A stretch of 64,000 nt of DNA from the NCBI RefSeq assembly GCF_009914755.1, contig NC_060943.1; one strand, 5' to 3'. The stretch comes from the human T2T-CHM13v2.0 reference genome, Homo sapiens. A model generated the notes under the pieces. The model did not search any database, was not told where the DNA came from, and saw only the letters and a program-made list of their open reading frames with translations. The position numbers and the translations under genes are program-made. Positions 22,041 to 34,662 of the stretch are shown here, one piece after another (positions within the stretch are counted from its first letter, which is position 1; each line of letters begins with the position of its first letter).

Positions 22041-24530
22041 CGTGAGAGAGAGACAGAAGTCGGCACACAGACACGCACTGCGCGCGCACACACACAGACA
22101 CACACACAGACGCATCCCCCCAACACACACACACACACACCCATAACGAACACACACGTACAGCAGGGAACACCCACCCGCAGGCAGCCCCTGAAGCTGC
22201 CGGGTTCTGCTCTCCGCGACTAAGAGCCACCGGTGAGAGAGCAGCCCACGGGCACACAGGCGGACCTGTGCTCGTCATCACAAGGGCTCCACTTTTGGGG
22301 AGACTCACCCGCACACCGTCCGCGCACGCCTGAGGCTGGGATGCCGCGCTGCCTCGCCGGCGATCTGTCTGAGTTTTCTTCCTCCTGGGGTTTCTTCCTG
22401 CTGGTGGACCCTCCGCGAATCCCGGCCTCCGGAGACCGTCCTGGTAAATGCCCTGGCCAGGACTGGTCTCAGCCCAGACTCAGACGCACGATCACACAGG
22501 GCTCCTACTTCGCCAAGTGTCAGGGACCCATCCCCGGGCAACGGTGGCTTTCACTGTGACCCAAGCGGCGGCTTGGGCCTCGCGCATGCGCACTGGCGAG
22601 GCCGACTCCCCCGCTCCACCCCCCCTTACTCCGCAGAGTCAGGCTGCGGACCTTTTAAAAAATGGCGGCGACGCGGCGGCTGCGGGGCCTGGGGCGGCGG
22701 TGCTGGAGGTTGCGGCGGCGGCGGTGGCGGCGCAGCCCGAGGCGGCGGGTGGGAAGAGGACTGCCAGAGGGGCCTGCGGGAGACCCAGGGTCGGACCCAT
22801 AGGAGTCCTGTGGTGAGGACCTCCTTGATCGCTCTTCTGCTTCGGTTCCCGCTGAAGGAGGAGCTTCGGGATGCCGGCTGGGCTGCGCGGACTCCTCTTG
22901 GGGTCCGATGATGGATCCAACCGGGTAATCGGGAATGGGGTTCCAATGCAGTGAGGCCGAAAGGGTCTCGCCGGGGCACAGAAAGATCCCCAGGGCCGCA
23001 AGGCGTGCTGTCGGCTGCAAAGGCACCGACCCATGAGCCCACTGCCTCCCTCCCTCCTGGCAGGAGCAGGGGCCTGCCTTCATCTCCAAGGCCCGAGGGC
23101 TCCGGCATCCCGACGCGGCTTCCGGCGACACGGGCAAAGAGAGACAGAGGCGAGTCCGAGCTGGAGCCAGCGTGTCCACATGTGGCACTGTCGTCCCCCA
23201 AGAGCACATGCAGGCAGCGTGTGTCTTTGAGGCCGTAGGGGGCGACGACGAGACGGACAGTGATGTCCAGGCGTGCGCCCGGGGGGCCACTGGAGACCTG
23301 CCCCACAAAGCGGAGGAAAAGCCAAGCGCACCTGAAAACCTGCGAGACAGGGCCTGTGCGCGAGTCCACGCCACGTTCAGGGAGGCCCGCCAGAGGAGCG
23401 GAGAGGTTTGGACAAAGTACACCCCACCCCCAGCCCGCCGCCGGCTAGGTACCCCTGACGCAACCTCCCCTGCACCCAGCCAAAACCCAGTCCCGTTGGC
23501 TCCCTGACATCCGTGGCAGCCAAAAGATTCGGTGCTAGAAGGCACTTTCCCCAGGAGCGGAGGAACCGGTTGGCCCTCAAGAATCAGAGAGGAAGTGCAG
23601 GTGGGATGCAACACCGCCTTTCCTAGAAGGCCAATGTCAGGAGCGGTGGGCTTGCCTCCGCCTCTTCCTGGACCGAGCGTGCAGCCATCACTTGGGCCAT
23701 GGAGACCGAGAGAGCTTCCCTGTCCCACACAGGTATGGAAGCCCAGAGCTCCAGGATCACCACAGCTGCCCAATCATCCAGAAAGAGGTGTGGAGAGGGA
23801 AACAATCATGACGCGGACCGCCACGAGGTTTCTCCCTGATGGACGGGGAAGTCTTGTTTGTGGAAGACACTGAGCCACGCTAAGAAGCCGCCAGGCTTCT
23901 CAGAGACGGGGCAGACACAGCAAGAGGGAGGTCAGAGCAGAGGCCAGAGCCCAGGCAGGATACGGGGGGGCCATGCCACCACCACCGGCATCCGGGGAGG
24001 AGTGTCAAACGGGTGACTCGGCCAGGAAGGCCAGCCTTTGAGAGACAGACATGCTTGCCCCATCCCCTTGCCGGCTTCCTTCTCCGTCCCTGCGTCGAGC
24101 TGTGGCTACATTTCTCGATGAGGGCAGAGGGCGACAGGCGTGACAACCACCTTCTTGAAGCTCTGCGGGCACCCTCCTGCGGGTGGACAATGAGCGCCTG
24201 GGAGGCCGTTGTCCTTGGTTGGGGAGCGCTCGTCTGGATCCAGCCTAGCAAAGAGGCTGCTCCGGATGGGGAGGGGATGAAAACCCCTGCGGGTTCGACG
24301 CCAATGCCCACGTTGCCCAGGCCTTCACAGACCCCCAAACTGGAACTGCCGGGACGACGACTGCCAACCGGCCACACGACCCAGGCAGAGACGCGGGGAC
24401 AGGCTGACCAGAAGAAAGGCCGACGTGCAAGAAACCCACCCTCCGGCGCACAGGGCACATGTGTCCCAAGGCGCACGCACACACAGACGGACAGAGACAG
24501 ACAGAGAGGGCGACGGAAACAGCGAGAAGG
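14290..24530. repeat. Two-monomer (5056 bp) tandem duplication within the array
   Basis: Seen: rare variants recur at exactly +5056: GACTCAGCCG (~14724/19780), GACCTTTTAAAA (~17597/22653), GGAGCGGAGAG (~18344/23400) and GACGCCAATG (~19247/24303). Confidence 0.85.
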
Positions 24531-24564
<34 letters not shown>

Positions 24565-27051
24565 GACGTGAGAGAGAGACAGAAGTCGGCACACAGACAC
24601 GCACTGCGCGCGCACACACACAGACACACACACAGACGCACCCCCCCAACACACACACACACACCCATAACGAACACACACGTACAGCAGGGAACACCCA
24701 CCCGCAGGCAGCCCCTGAAGCTGCCGGGTTCTGCTCTCCGAGACTAAGAGCCACCGGTGAGAGAGCAGCCCACGGGCACACAGGCGGACCTGTGCTCGTC
24801 ATCACAAGGGCTCCACTTTTGGGGAGACTCACCCGCACACCGTCCGCGCACGCCTGAGGCTGGGATCCCGCGCTGCCTCGCCGGCGATCTGTCTGAGGTT
24901 TCTTCCTCTTGGGGTTTCTTCCTGCTGGTGGACCCTCCGCGAATCCCGGCCTCCGGAGACCGTCCTGGTAACTGCCCTGGCCAGGACTGGTCTCAGCCCA
25001 GACTCAGACGCACGATCACACAGGGCTCCTACTTCGCCAAGTGTCAGGGACCCATCCCCGGGCAACGGTGGCTTTCACTGTGACCCAAGCGGCGGCTTGG
25101 GCCTCGCGCATGCGCACTGGCGAGGCCGACTCCCCCGCTCCACCCCCCCTTACTCCGCAGAGTCAGGCTGCGGACCCTTTAAAAAATGGCGGCGACGCGG
25201 CGGCTGCGGGGCCTGGGGCGGCGGTGCTGGAGGTTGCGGCGGCGGCGGTGGCGGCGCAGCCCGAGGCGGCGGGTGGGAAGAGGACTGCCAGAGGGGCCTG
25301 CGGGAGACCCAGGGTCGGACCCATAGGAGTCCTGTGGTGAGGACCTCCTTGATCGCTCTTCTGCTTCGGTTCCCGCTGAAGGAGGAGCTTCGGGATGCCG
25401 GCTGGGCTGCGCGGACTCCTCTTGGGGTCCGATGATGGATCCAACCGGGTAATCGGGAATGGGGTTCCAATGCAGTGAGGCCGAAAGGGTCTCGCCGGGG
25501 CACAGAAAGATCCCCAGGGCCGCAAGGCGTGCTGTCGGCTGCAAAGGCACCGACCCATGAGCCCACTGCCTCCCTCCCTCCTGGCAGGAGCAGGGGCCTG
25601 CCTTCATCTCCAAGGCCCGAGGGCTCCGGCATCCCGACGCGGCTTCCGGCGACACGGGCAAAGAGAGACAGAGGCGAGTCCGAGCTGGAGCCAGCGTGTC
25701 CACATGTGGCACTGTCGTCCCCCAAGAGCACATGCAGGCAGCGTGTGTCTTTGAGGCCGTAGGGGGCGACGACGAGACGGACAGTGATGTCCAGGCGTGC
25801 GCCCGGGGGGCCACTGGAGACCTGCCCCACAAAGCGGAGGAAAAGCCAAGCGCACCTGAAAACCTGCGAGACAGGGCCTGTGCGCGAGTCCACGCCACGT
25901 TCAGGGAGGCCCGCCAGAGGAGCCGAGAGGTTTGGACAAAGTACACCCCACCCCCAGCCCGCCGCCGGCTAGGTACCCCTGACGCAACCTCCCCTGCACC
26001 CAGCCAAAACCCAGTCCCGTTGGCTCCCTGACATCCGTGGCAGCCAAAAGATTCGGTGCTAGAAGGCACTTTCCCCAGGAGCGGAGGAACCGGTTGGCCC
26101 TCAAGAATCAGAGAGGAAGTGCAGGTGGGATGCAACACCGCCTTTCCTAGAAGGCCAATGTCAGGAGCGGTGGGCTTGCCTCCGCCTCTTCCTGGACCGA
26201 GCGTGCAGCCATCACTTGGGCCATGGAGACCGAGAGAGCTTCCCTGTCCCACACAGGTATGGAAGCCCAGAGCTCCAGGATCACCACAGCTGCCCAATCA
26301 TCCAGAAAGAGGTGTGGAGAGGGAAACAATCATGACGCGGACCGCCACGAGGTTTCTCCCTGATGGACGGGGAAGTCTTGTTTGTGGAAGACACTGAGCC
26401 ACGCTAAGAAGCCGCCAGGCTTCTCAGAGACGGGGCAGACACAGCAAGAGGGAGGTCAGAGCAGAGGCCAGAGCCCAGGCAGGATACGGGGGGGCCATGC
26501 CACCACCACCGGCATCCGGGGAGGAGTGTCAAACGGGTGACTCGGCCAGGAAGGCCAGCCTTTGAGAGACAGACATGCTTGCCCCATCCCCTTGCCGGCT
26601 TCCTTCTCCGTCCCTGCGTCGAGCTGTGGCTACATTTCTCGATGAGGGCAGAGGGCGACAGGCGTGACAACCACCTTCTTGAAGCTCTGCGGGCACCCTC
26701 CTGCGGGTGGACAATGAGCGCCTGGGAGGCCGTTGTCCTTGGTTGGGGAGCGCTCGTCTGGATCCAGCCTAGCAAAGAGGCTGCTCCGGATGGGGAGGGG
26801 ATGAAAACCCCTGCGGGTTCGACGCCGATGCCCACGTTGCCCAGGCCTTCACAGACCCCCAAACTGGAACTGCCGGGACGACGACTGCCAACCGGCCACA
26901 CGACCCAGGCAGAGACGCGGGGACAGGCTGACCAGAAGAAAGGCCGACGTGCAAGAAACCCACCCTCCGGCGCACAGGGCACATGTGTCCCAAGGCGCAC
27001 GCACACACAGACGGACAGAGACAGACAGAGAGGGCGACGGAAACAGCGAGA

Positions 27052-27090
<39 letters not shown>

Positions 27091-30000
27091 GACGTGAGAG
27101 AGAGACAGAAGTCGGCACACAGACACGCACTGCGCGCGCACACACACAGACACACACACAGACGCACCCCCCCAACACACACACACACACCCATAACGAA
27201 CACACACGTACAGCAGGGAACACCCACCCGCAGGCAGCCCCTGAAGCTGCCGGGTTCTGCTCTCCGAGACTAAGAGCCACCGGTGAGAGAGCAGCCCACG
27301 GGCACACAGGCGGACCTGTGCTCGTCATCACAAGGGCTCCACTTTTGGGGAGACTCACCCGCACACCGTCCGCGCACGCCTGAGGCTGGGATCCCGCGCT
27401 GCCTCGCCGGCGATCTGTCTGAGGTTTCTTCCTCTTGGGGTTTCTTCCTGCTGGTGGACCCTCCGCGAATCCCGGCCTCCGGAGACCGTCCTGGTAACTG
27501 CCCTGGCCAGGACTGGTCTCAGCCCAGACTCAGACGCACGATCACACAGGGCTCCTACTTCGCCAAGTGTCAGGGACCCATCCCCGGGCAACGGTGGCTT
27601 TCACTGTGACCCAAGCGGCGGCTTGGGCCTCGCGCATGCGCACTGGCGAGGCCGACTCCCCCGCTCCACCCCCCCTTACTCCGCAGAGTCAGGCTGCGGA
27701 CCCTTTAAAAAATGGCGGCGACGCGGGGGCTGCGGGGCCTGGGGCGGCGGTGCTGGAGGTTGCGGCGGCGGCGGTGGCGGCGCAGCCCGAGGCGGCGGGT
27801 GGGAAGAGGACTGCCAGAGGGGCCTGCGGGAGACCCAGGGTCGGACCCATAGGAGTCCTGTGGTGAGGACCTCCTTGATCGCTCTTCTGCTTCGGTTCCC
27901 GCGAAAGGAGGAGCTTCGGGATGCCGGCTGGGCTGCGCGGACTCCTCTTGGGGTCCAATGATGGATCCAACCGGGTGATCGGGAATGGGGTTCCAATGCA
28001 GTGAGGCCGAAAGGGTCTCGCCGGGGCACAGAAAGATCCCCAGGGCCGCAAGGCGTGCTGTCGGCTGCAAAGGCACCGACCCATGAGCCCACTGCCTCCC
28101 TCCCTCCTGGCAGGAGCAGGGGCCTGCCTTCATCTCCAAGGCCCGAGGGCTCCGGCATCCCGACGCGGCTTCCGGCGACACGGGCAAAGAGAGACAGAGG
28201 CGAGTCCGAGCTGGTGCCAGCGTGTCCACATGTGGCACTGTCGTCCCCCAAGAGCACATGCAGGCAGCGTGTGTCTTTGAGGCCGTAGGGGGCGACGACG
28301 AGACGGACAGTGATGTCCAGGCGTGCGCCCGGGGGGCCACTGGAGACCTGCCCCACAAAGCGGAGGAAAAGCCAAGCGCACCTGAAAACCTGCGAGACAG
28401 GGCCTGTGCGCGAGTCCACGCCACGTTCAGGGAGGCCCGCCAGAGGAGCCGAGAGGTTTGGACAAAGTACACCCCACCCCCAGCCCACCGCCGGCTAGGT
28501 ACCCCTGACGCAACCTCCCCTGCACCCAGCCAAAACCCAGTCCCGTTGGCTCCCTGACATCCGTGGCAGCCAAAAGATTCGGTGCTAGAAGGCACTTTCC
28601 CCAGGAGCGGAGGAACCGGTTGGCCCTCAAGAATCAGAGAGGAAGTGCAGGTGGGATGCAACACCGCCTTTCCTAGAAGGCCAATGTCAGGAGCGGTGGG
28701 CTTGCCTCCGCCTCTTCCTGGACCGAGCGTGCAGCCATCACTTGGGCCATGGAGACCGAGAGAGCTTCCCTGTCCCACACAGGTATGGAAGCCCAGAGCT
28801 CCAAGATCACCACAGCTGCCCAATCATCCAGAAAGAGGTGTGGAGAGGGAAACAATCATGACGCGGACCGCCACGAGGTTTCTCCCTGATGGACGGGGAA
28901 GTCTTCTTTGTGGAAGACACTGAGCCACACTAAGAAGCCGCCAGGCTTCTCAGAGACGGGGCAGACACAGCAAGAGGGAGGTCAGAGCAGACGCCAGAGC
29001 ACAGGCAGGATACGGGGGGACCATGCCACCACCACCGGCATCCGGGGAGGACTGTCAAACGGGTGACTCGGCGAGGAAGGCCAGCCTTTGAGAGACAGAC
29101 ATGCTTGCCGCCCCATCCCCTTGCCGGCTTCCTTCTCCGTCCCTGCGTCTAGCTGTGGCTACATTTCTCGATGAGGGCAGAGGGCGACAGGCGTGACAAC
29201 CACCTTCTTGAAGCTCTGCGGGCACCCTCCTGCGGGTGGACAATGAGCGCCTGGGAGGCCGTTGTCCTTGGTTGGGGAGCGCTCGTCTGGATCCAGCCTA
29301 GCAAAGAGGCTGCTCCGGATGGGGAGGGGATGAAAACCCTGCGGGTCCGACGCCCATGCCCACGTTGCCCAGGCCTTCACAGACCCCCAAACTGGAACTG
29401 CCGGGACGACGACTGCCAACCGGCCACACGACCCAGGCAGAGACGCGGGGACACGCTGACCAGAAGAAAGGCCGACGTGCAAGAAACCCACCCTCCGGCG
29501 CACAGGGCCCATGTGTCCCAAGGCGCACGCACACACAGACGGACAGAGACAGAAAGAGAGGGCGACCGAAAGAGCGAGAAGGGAGAGAGACAGAGAGAGA
29601 GAGAGACAGAGAGAGACGTGAGAGAGAGACAGAAGTCGGCACACAGACACGCACTGCGCGCGCACACACACAGACACACACACAGACGCATCCCCCCAAC
29701 ACACACACACACACACCCATAACGAACACACACGTACAGCAGGGAACACCCACCCGCAGGCAGCCCCTGAAGCTGCCGGGTTCTGCTCTCCGCGACTAAG
29801 AGCCACCGGTGAGAGAGCAGCCCACGGGCACACAGGCGGACCTGTGCTCGTCATCACAAGGGCTCCACTTTTGGGGAGACTCACCCGCACACCGTCCGCG
29901 CACGCCTGAGGCTGGGATGCCGCGCTGCCTCGCCGGCGATCTGTCTGAGTTTTCTTCCTCCTGGGGTTTCTTCCTGCTGGTGGACCCTCCGCGAATCCCG

Positions 30001-33000
30001 GCCTCCGGAGACCGTCCTGGTAAATGCCCTGGCCAGGACTGGTCTCAGCCCAGACTCAGACGCACGATCACACAGGGCTCCTACTTCGCCAAGTGTCAGG
30101 GACCCATCCCCGGGCAACGGTGGCTTTCACTGTGACCCAAGCGGCGGCTTGGGCCTCGCGCATGCGCACTGGCGAGGCCGACTCCCCCGCTCCACCCCCC
30201 CTTACTCCGCAGAGTCAGGCTGCGGACCCTTTAAAAAATGGCGGCGACGCGGCGGCTGCGGGGCCTGGGGCGGCGGTGCTGGAGGTTGCCGTGGCGGCGG
30301 TGGCGGCGCAGCCCGAGGCGGCGGGTGGGAAGAGGACTGCCAGAGGGGCCTGCGGGAGACCCAGGGTCGGACCCATAGGAGTCCTGTGGTGAGGACCTCC
30401 TTGAGCGCTCTTCTGCTTCGGTTCCCGCTGAAGGAGGAGCTTCGGGATGCCGGCTGGGCTGCGCGGACTCCTCTTGGGGTCCGATGATGGATCCAACCGG
30501 GTGATCGGGAATGGGGTTCCAATGCAGTGAGGCCGAAAGGGTCTCGCCGGGGCACAGAAAGATCCCCAGGGCCGCAAGGCGTGCTGTCGGCTGCAAAGGC
30601 ACCGACCCATGAGCCCACTGCCTCCCTCCCTCCTGGCAGGAGCAGGGGCCTGCCTTCATCTCCAAGGCCCGAGGGCTCCGGCATCCCGACGCGGCTTCCG
30701 GCGACACGGGCAAAGAGAGACAGAGGCGAGTCCGAGCTGGAGCCAGCGTGTCCACATGTGGCACTGTCGTCCCCCAAGAGCACATGCAGGCAGCGTGTGT
30801 CTTTGAGGCCGTAGGGGGCGACGACGAGACGGACAGTGATGTCCAGGCGTGCGCCCGGGGGGCCACTGGAGACCTGCCCCACAAAGCGGAGGAAAAGCCA
30901 AGCGCACCTGAAAACCTGCGAGACAGGGCCTGTGCGCGAGTCCACGCCACGTTCAGGGAGGCCCGCCAGAGGAGCCGAGAGGTTTGGACAAAGTACACCC
31001 CACCCCCAGCCCACCGCCGGCTAGGTACCCCTGACGCAACCTCCCCTGCACCCAGCCAAAACCCAGTCCCGTTGGCTCCCTGACATCCGTGGCAGCCAAA
31101 AGATTCGGTGCTAGAAGGCACTTTCCCCAGGAGCGGAGGAACCGGTTGGCCCTCAAGAATCAGAGAGGAAGTGCAGGTGGGATGCAACACCGCCTTTCCT
31201 AGAAGGCCAATGTCAGGAGCGGTGGGCTTGCCTCCGCCTCTTCCTGGACCGAGCGTGCAGCCATCACTTGGGCCATGGAGACCGAGAGAGCTTCCCTGTC
31301 CCACACAGGTATGGAAGCCCAGAGCTCCAGGATCACCACAGCTGCCCAATCATCCAGAAAGAGGTGTGGAGAGGGAAACAATCATGACGCGGACCGCCAC
31401 GAGGTTTCTCCCTGATGGACGGGGAAGTCTTGTTTGTGGAAGACACTGAGCCACGCTAAGAAGCCGCCAGGCTTCTCAGAGACGGGGCAGACACAGCAAG
31501 AGGGAGGTCAGAGCAGAGGCCAGAGCCCAGGCAGGATACGGGGGGGCCATGCCACCACCACCGGCATCCGGGGAGGAGTGTCAAACGGGTGACTCGGCCA
31601 GGAAGGCCAGCCTTTGAGAGACAGACATGCTTGCCCCATCCCCTTGCCGGCTTCCTTCTCCGTCCCTGCGTCGAGCTGTGGCTACATTTCTCGATGAGGG
31701 CAGAGGGCGACAGGCGTGACAACCACCTTCTTGAAGCTCTGCGGGCACCCTCCTGCGGGTGGACAATGAGCGCCTGGGAGGCCGCTGTCCTTGGTTGGGG
31801 AGCGCTCGTCTGGATCCAGCCTAGCAAAGAGGCTGCTCCGGATGGGGAGGGGATGAAAACCCCTGCGGGTTCGACGCCGATGCCCACGTTGCCCAGGCCT
31901 TCACAGACCCCCAAACTGGAACTGCCGGGACGACGACGGCCAACCGGCCACACGACCCAGGCAGAGACGCGGGGAGAGGCTGACCAGAAGAAAGGCCGAC
32001 GTGCAAGAAACCCACCCTCCGGCGCACAGGGCACATGTGTCCCAAGGCGCACGCACACACAGACGGACAGAGACAGACAGAGAGGGCGACGGAAACAGCG
32101 AGAAGGGAGAGAGAGAGAGAGAGAGAGACAGAGAGAGACGTGAGAGAGAGACAGAAGTCGGCACACAGACACGCACTGCGCGCGCACACACACAGACACA
32201 CACACAGACGCACCCCCCCAACACACACACACACACCCATAACGAACACACACGTACAGCAGGGAACACCCACCCGCAGGCAGCCCCTGAAGCTGCCGGG
32301 TTCTGCTCTCCGAGACTAAGAGCCACCGGTGAGAGAGCAGCCCACGGGCACACAGGCGGACCTGTGCTCGTCATCACAAGGGCTCCACTTTTGGGGAGAC
32401 TCACCCGCACACCGTCCGCGCACGCCTGAGGCTGGGATCCCGCGCTGCCTCGCCGGCGATCTGTCTGAGGTTTCTTCCTCTTGGGGTTTCTTCCTGCTGG
32501 TGGACCCTCCGCGAATCCCGGCCTCCGGAGACCGTCCTGGTAACTGCCCTGGCCAGGACTGGTCTCAGCCCAGACTCAGACGCACGATCACACAGGGCTC
32601 CTACTTCGCCAAGTGTCAGGGACCCATCCCCGGGCAACGGTGGCTTTCACTGTGACCCAAGCGGCGGCTTGGGCCTCGCGCATGCGCACTGGCGAGGCCG
32701 ACTCCCCCGCTCCACCCCCCCTTACTCCGCAGAGTCAGGCTGCGGACCCTTTAAAAAATGGCGGCGACGCGGCGGCTGCGGGGCCTGGGGCGGCGGTGCT
32801 GGAGGTTGCGGCGGCGGCGGTGGCGGCGCAGCCCGAGGCGGCGGGTGGGAAGAGGACTGCCAGAGGGGCCTGCGGGAGACCCAGGGTCGGACCCATAGGA
32901 GTCCTGTGGTGAGGACCTCCTTGATCGCTCTTCTGCTTCGGTTCCCGCGAAAGGAGGAGCTTCGGGATGCCGGCTGGGCTGCGCGGACTCCTCTTGGGGT

Positions 33001-34628
33001 CCAATGATGGATCCAACCGGGTGATCGGGAATGGGGTTCCAATGCAGTGAGGCCGAAAGGGTCTCGCCGGGGCACAGAAAGATCCCCAGGGCCGCAAGGC
33101 GTGCTGTCGGCTGCAAAGGCACCGACCCATGAGCCCACTGCCTCCCTCCCTCCTGGCAGGAGCAGGGGCCTGCCTTCATCTCCAAGGCCCGAGGGCTCCG
33201 GCATCCCGACGCGGCTTCCGGCGACACGGGCAAAGAGAGACAGAGGCGAGTCCGAGCTGGAGCCAGCGTGTCCACATGTGGCACTGTCGTCCCCCAAGAG
33301 CACATGCAGGCAGCGTGTGTCTTTGAGGCCGTAGGGGGCGACGACGAGACGGACAGTGATGTCCAGGCGTGCGCCCGGGGGGCCACTGGAGACCTGCCCC
33401 ACAAAGCGGAGGAAAAGCCAAGCGCACCTGAAAACCTGCGAGACAGGGCCTGTGCGCGAGTCCACGCCACGTTCAGGGAGGCCCGCCAGAGGAGCCGAGA
33501 GGTTTGGACAAAGTACACCCCACCCCCAGCCCACCGCCGGCTAGGTACCCCTGACGCAACCTCCCCTGCACCCAGCCAAAACCCAGTCCCGTTGGCTCCC
33601 TGACATCCGTGGCAGCCAAAAGATTCGGTGCTAGAAGGCACTTTCCCCAGGAGCGGAGGAACCGGTTGGCCCTCAAGAATCAGAGAGGAAGTGCAGGTGG
33701 GATGCAACACCGCCTTTCCTAGAAGGCCAATGTCAGGAGCGGTGGGCTTGCCTCCGCCTCTTCCTGGACCGAGCGTGCAGCCATCACTTGGGCCATGGAG
33801 ACCGAGAGAGCTTCCCTGTCCCACACAGGTATGGAAGCCCAGAGCTCCAAGATCACCACAGCTGCCCAATCATCCAGAAAGAGGTGTGGAGAGGGAAACA
33901 ATCATGACGCGGACCGCCACGAGGTTTCTCCCTGATGGACGGGGAAGTCTTCTTTGTGGAAGACACTGAGCCACACTAAGAAGCCGCCAGGCTTCTCAGA
34001 GACGGGGCAGACACAGCAAGAGGGAGGTCAGAGCAGACGCCAGAGCACAGGCAGGATACGGGGGGACCATGCCACCACCACCGGCATCCGGGGAGGACTG
34101 TCAAACGGGTGACTCGGCCAGGAAGGCCAGCCTTTGAGAGACAGACATGCTTGCCGCCCCATCCCCTTGCCGGCTTCCTTCTCCGTCCCTGCGTCTAGCT
34201 GTGGCTACATTTCTCGATGAGGGCAGAGGGCGACAGGCGTGACAACCACCTTCTTGAAGCTCTGCGGGCACCCTCCTACGGGTGGACAATGAGCGCCTGG
34301 GAGGCCGTTGTCCTTGGTTGGGGAGCGCTCGTCTGGATCCAGCCTAGCAAAGAGGCTGCTCCGGATGGGGAGGGGATGAAAACCCTGCGGGTCCGACGCC
34401 CATGCCCACGTTGCCCAGGCCTTCACAGACCCCCAAACTGGAACCGCCGGGACGACGACTGCCAACCGGCCACACGACCCAGGCAGAGACGCGGGGACAC
34501 GCTGACCAGAAGAAAGGCCGACGTGCAAGAAACCCACCCTCCGGCGCACAGGGCCCATGTGTCCCAAGGCGCACGCACACACAGACGGACAGAGACAGAA
34601 AGAGAGGGCGACCGAAAGAGCGAGAAGG

Positions 34629-34662
<34 letters not shown>

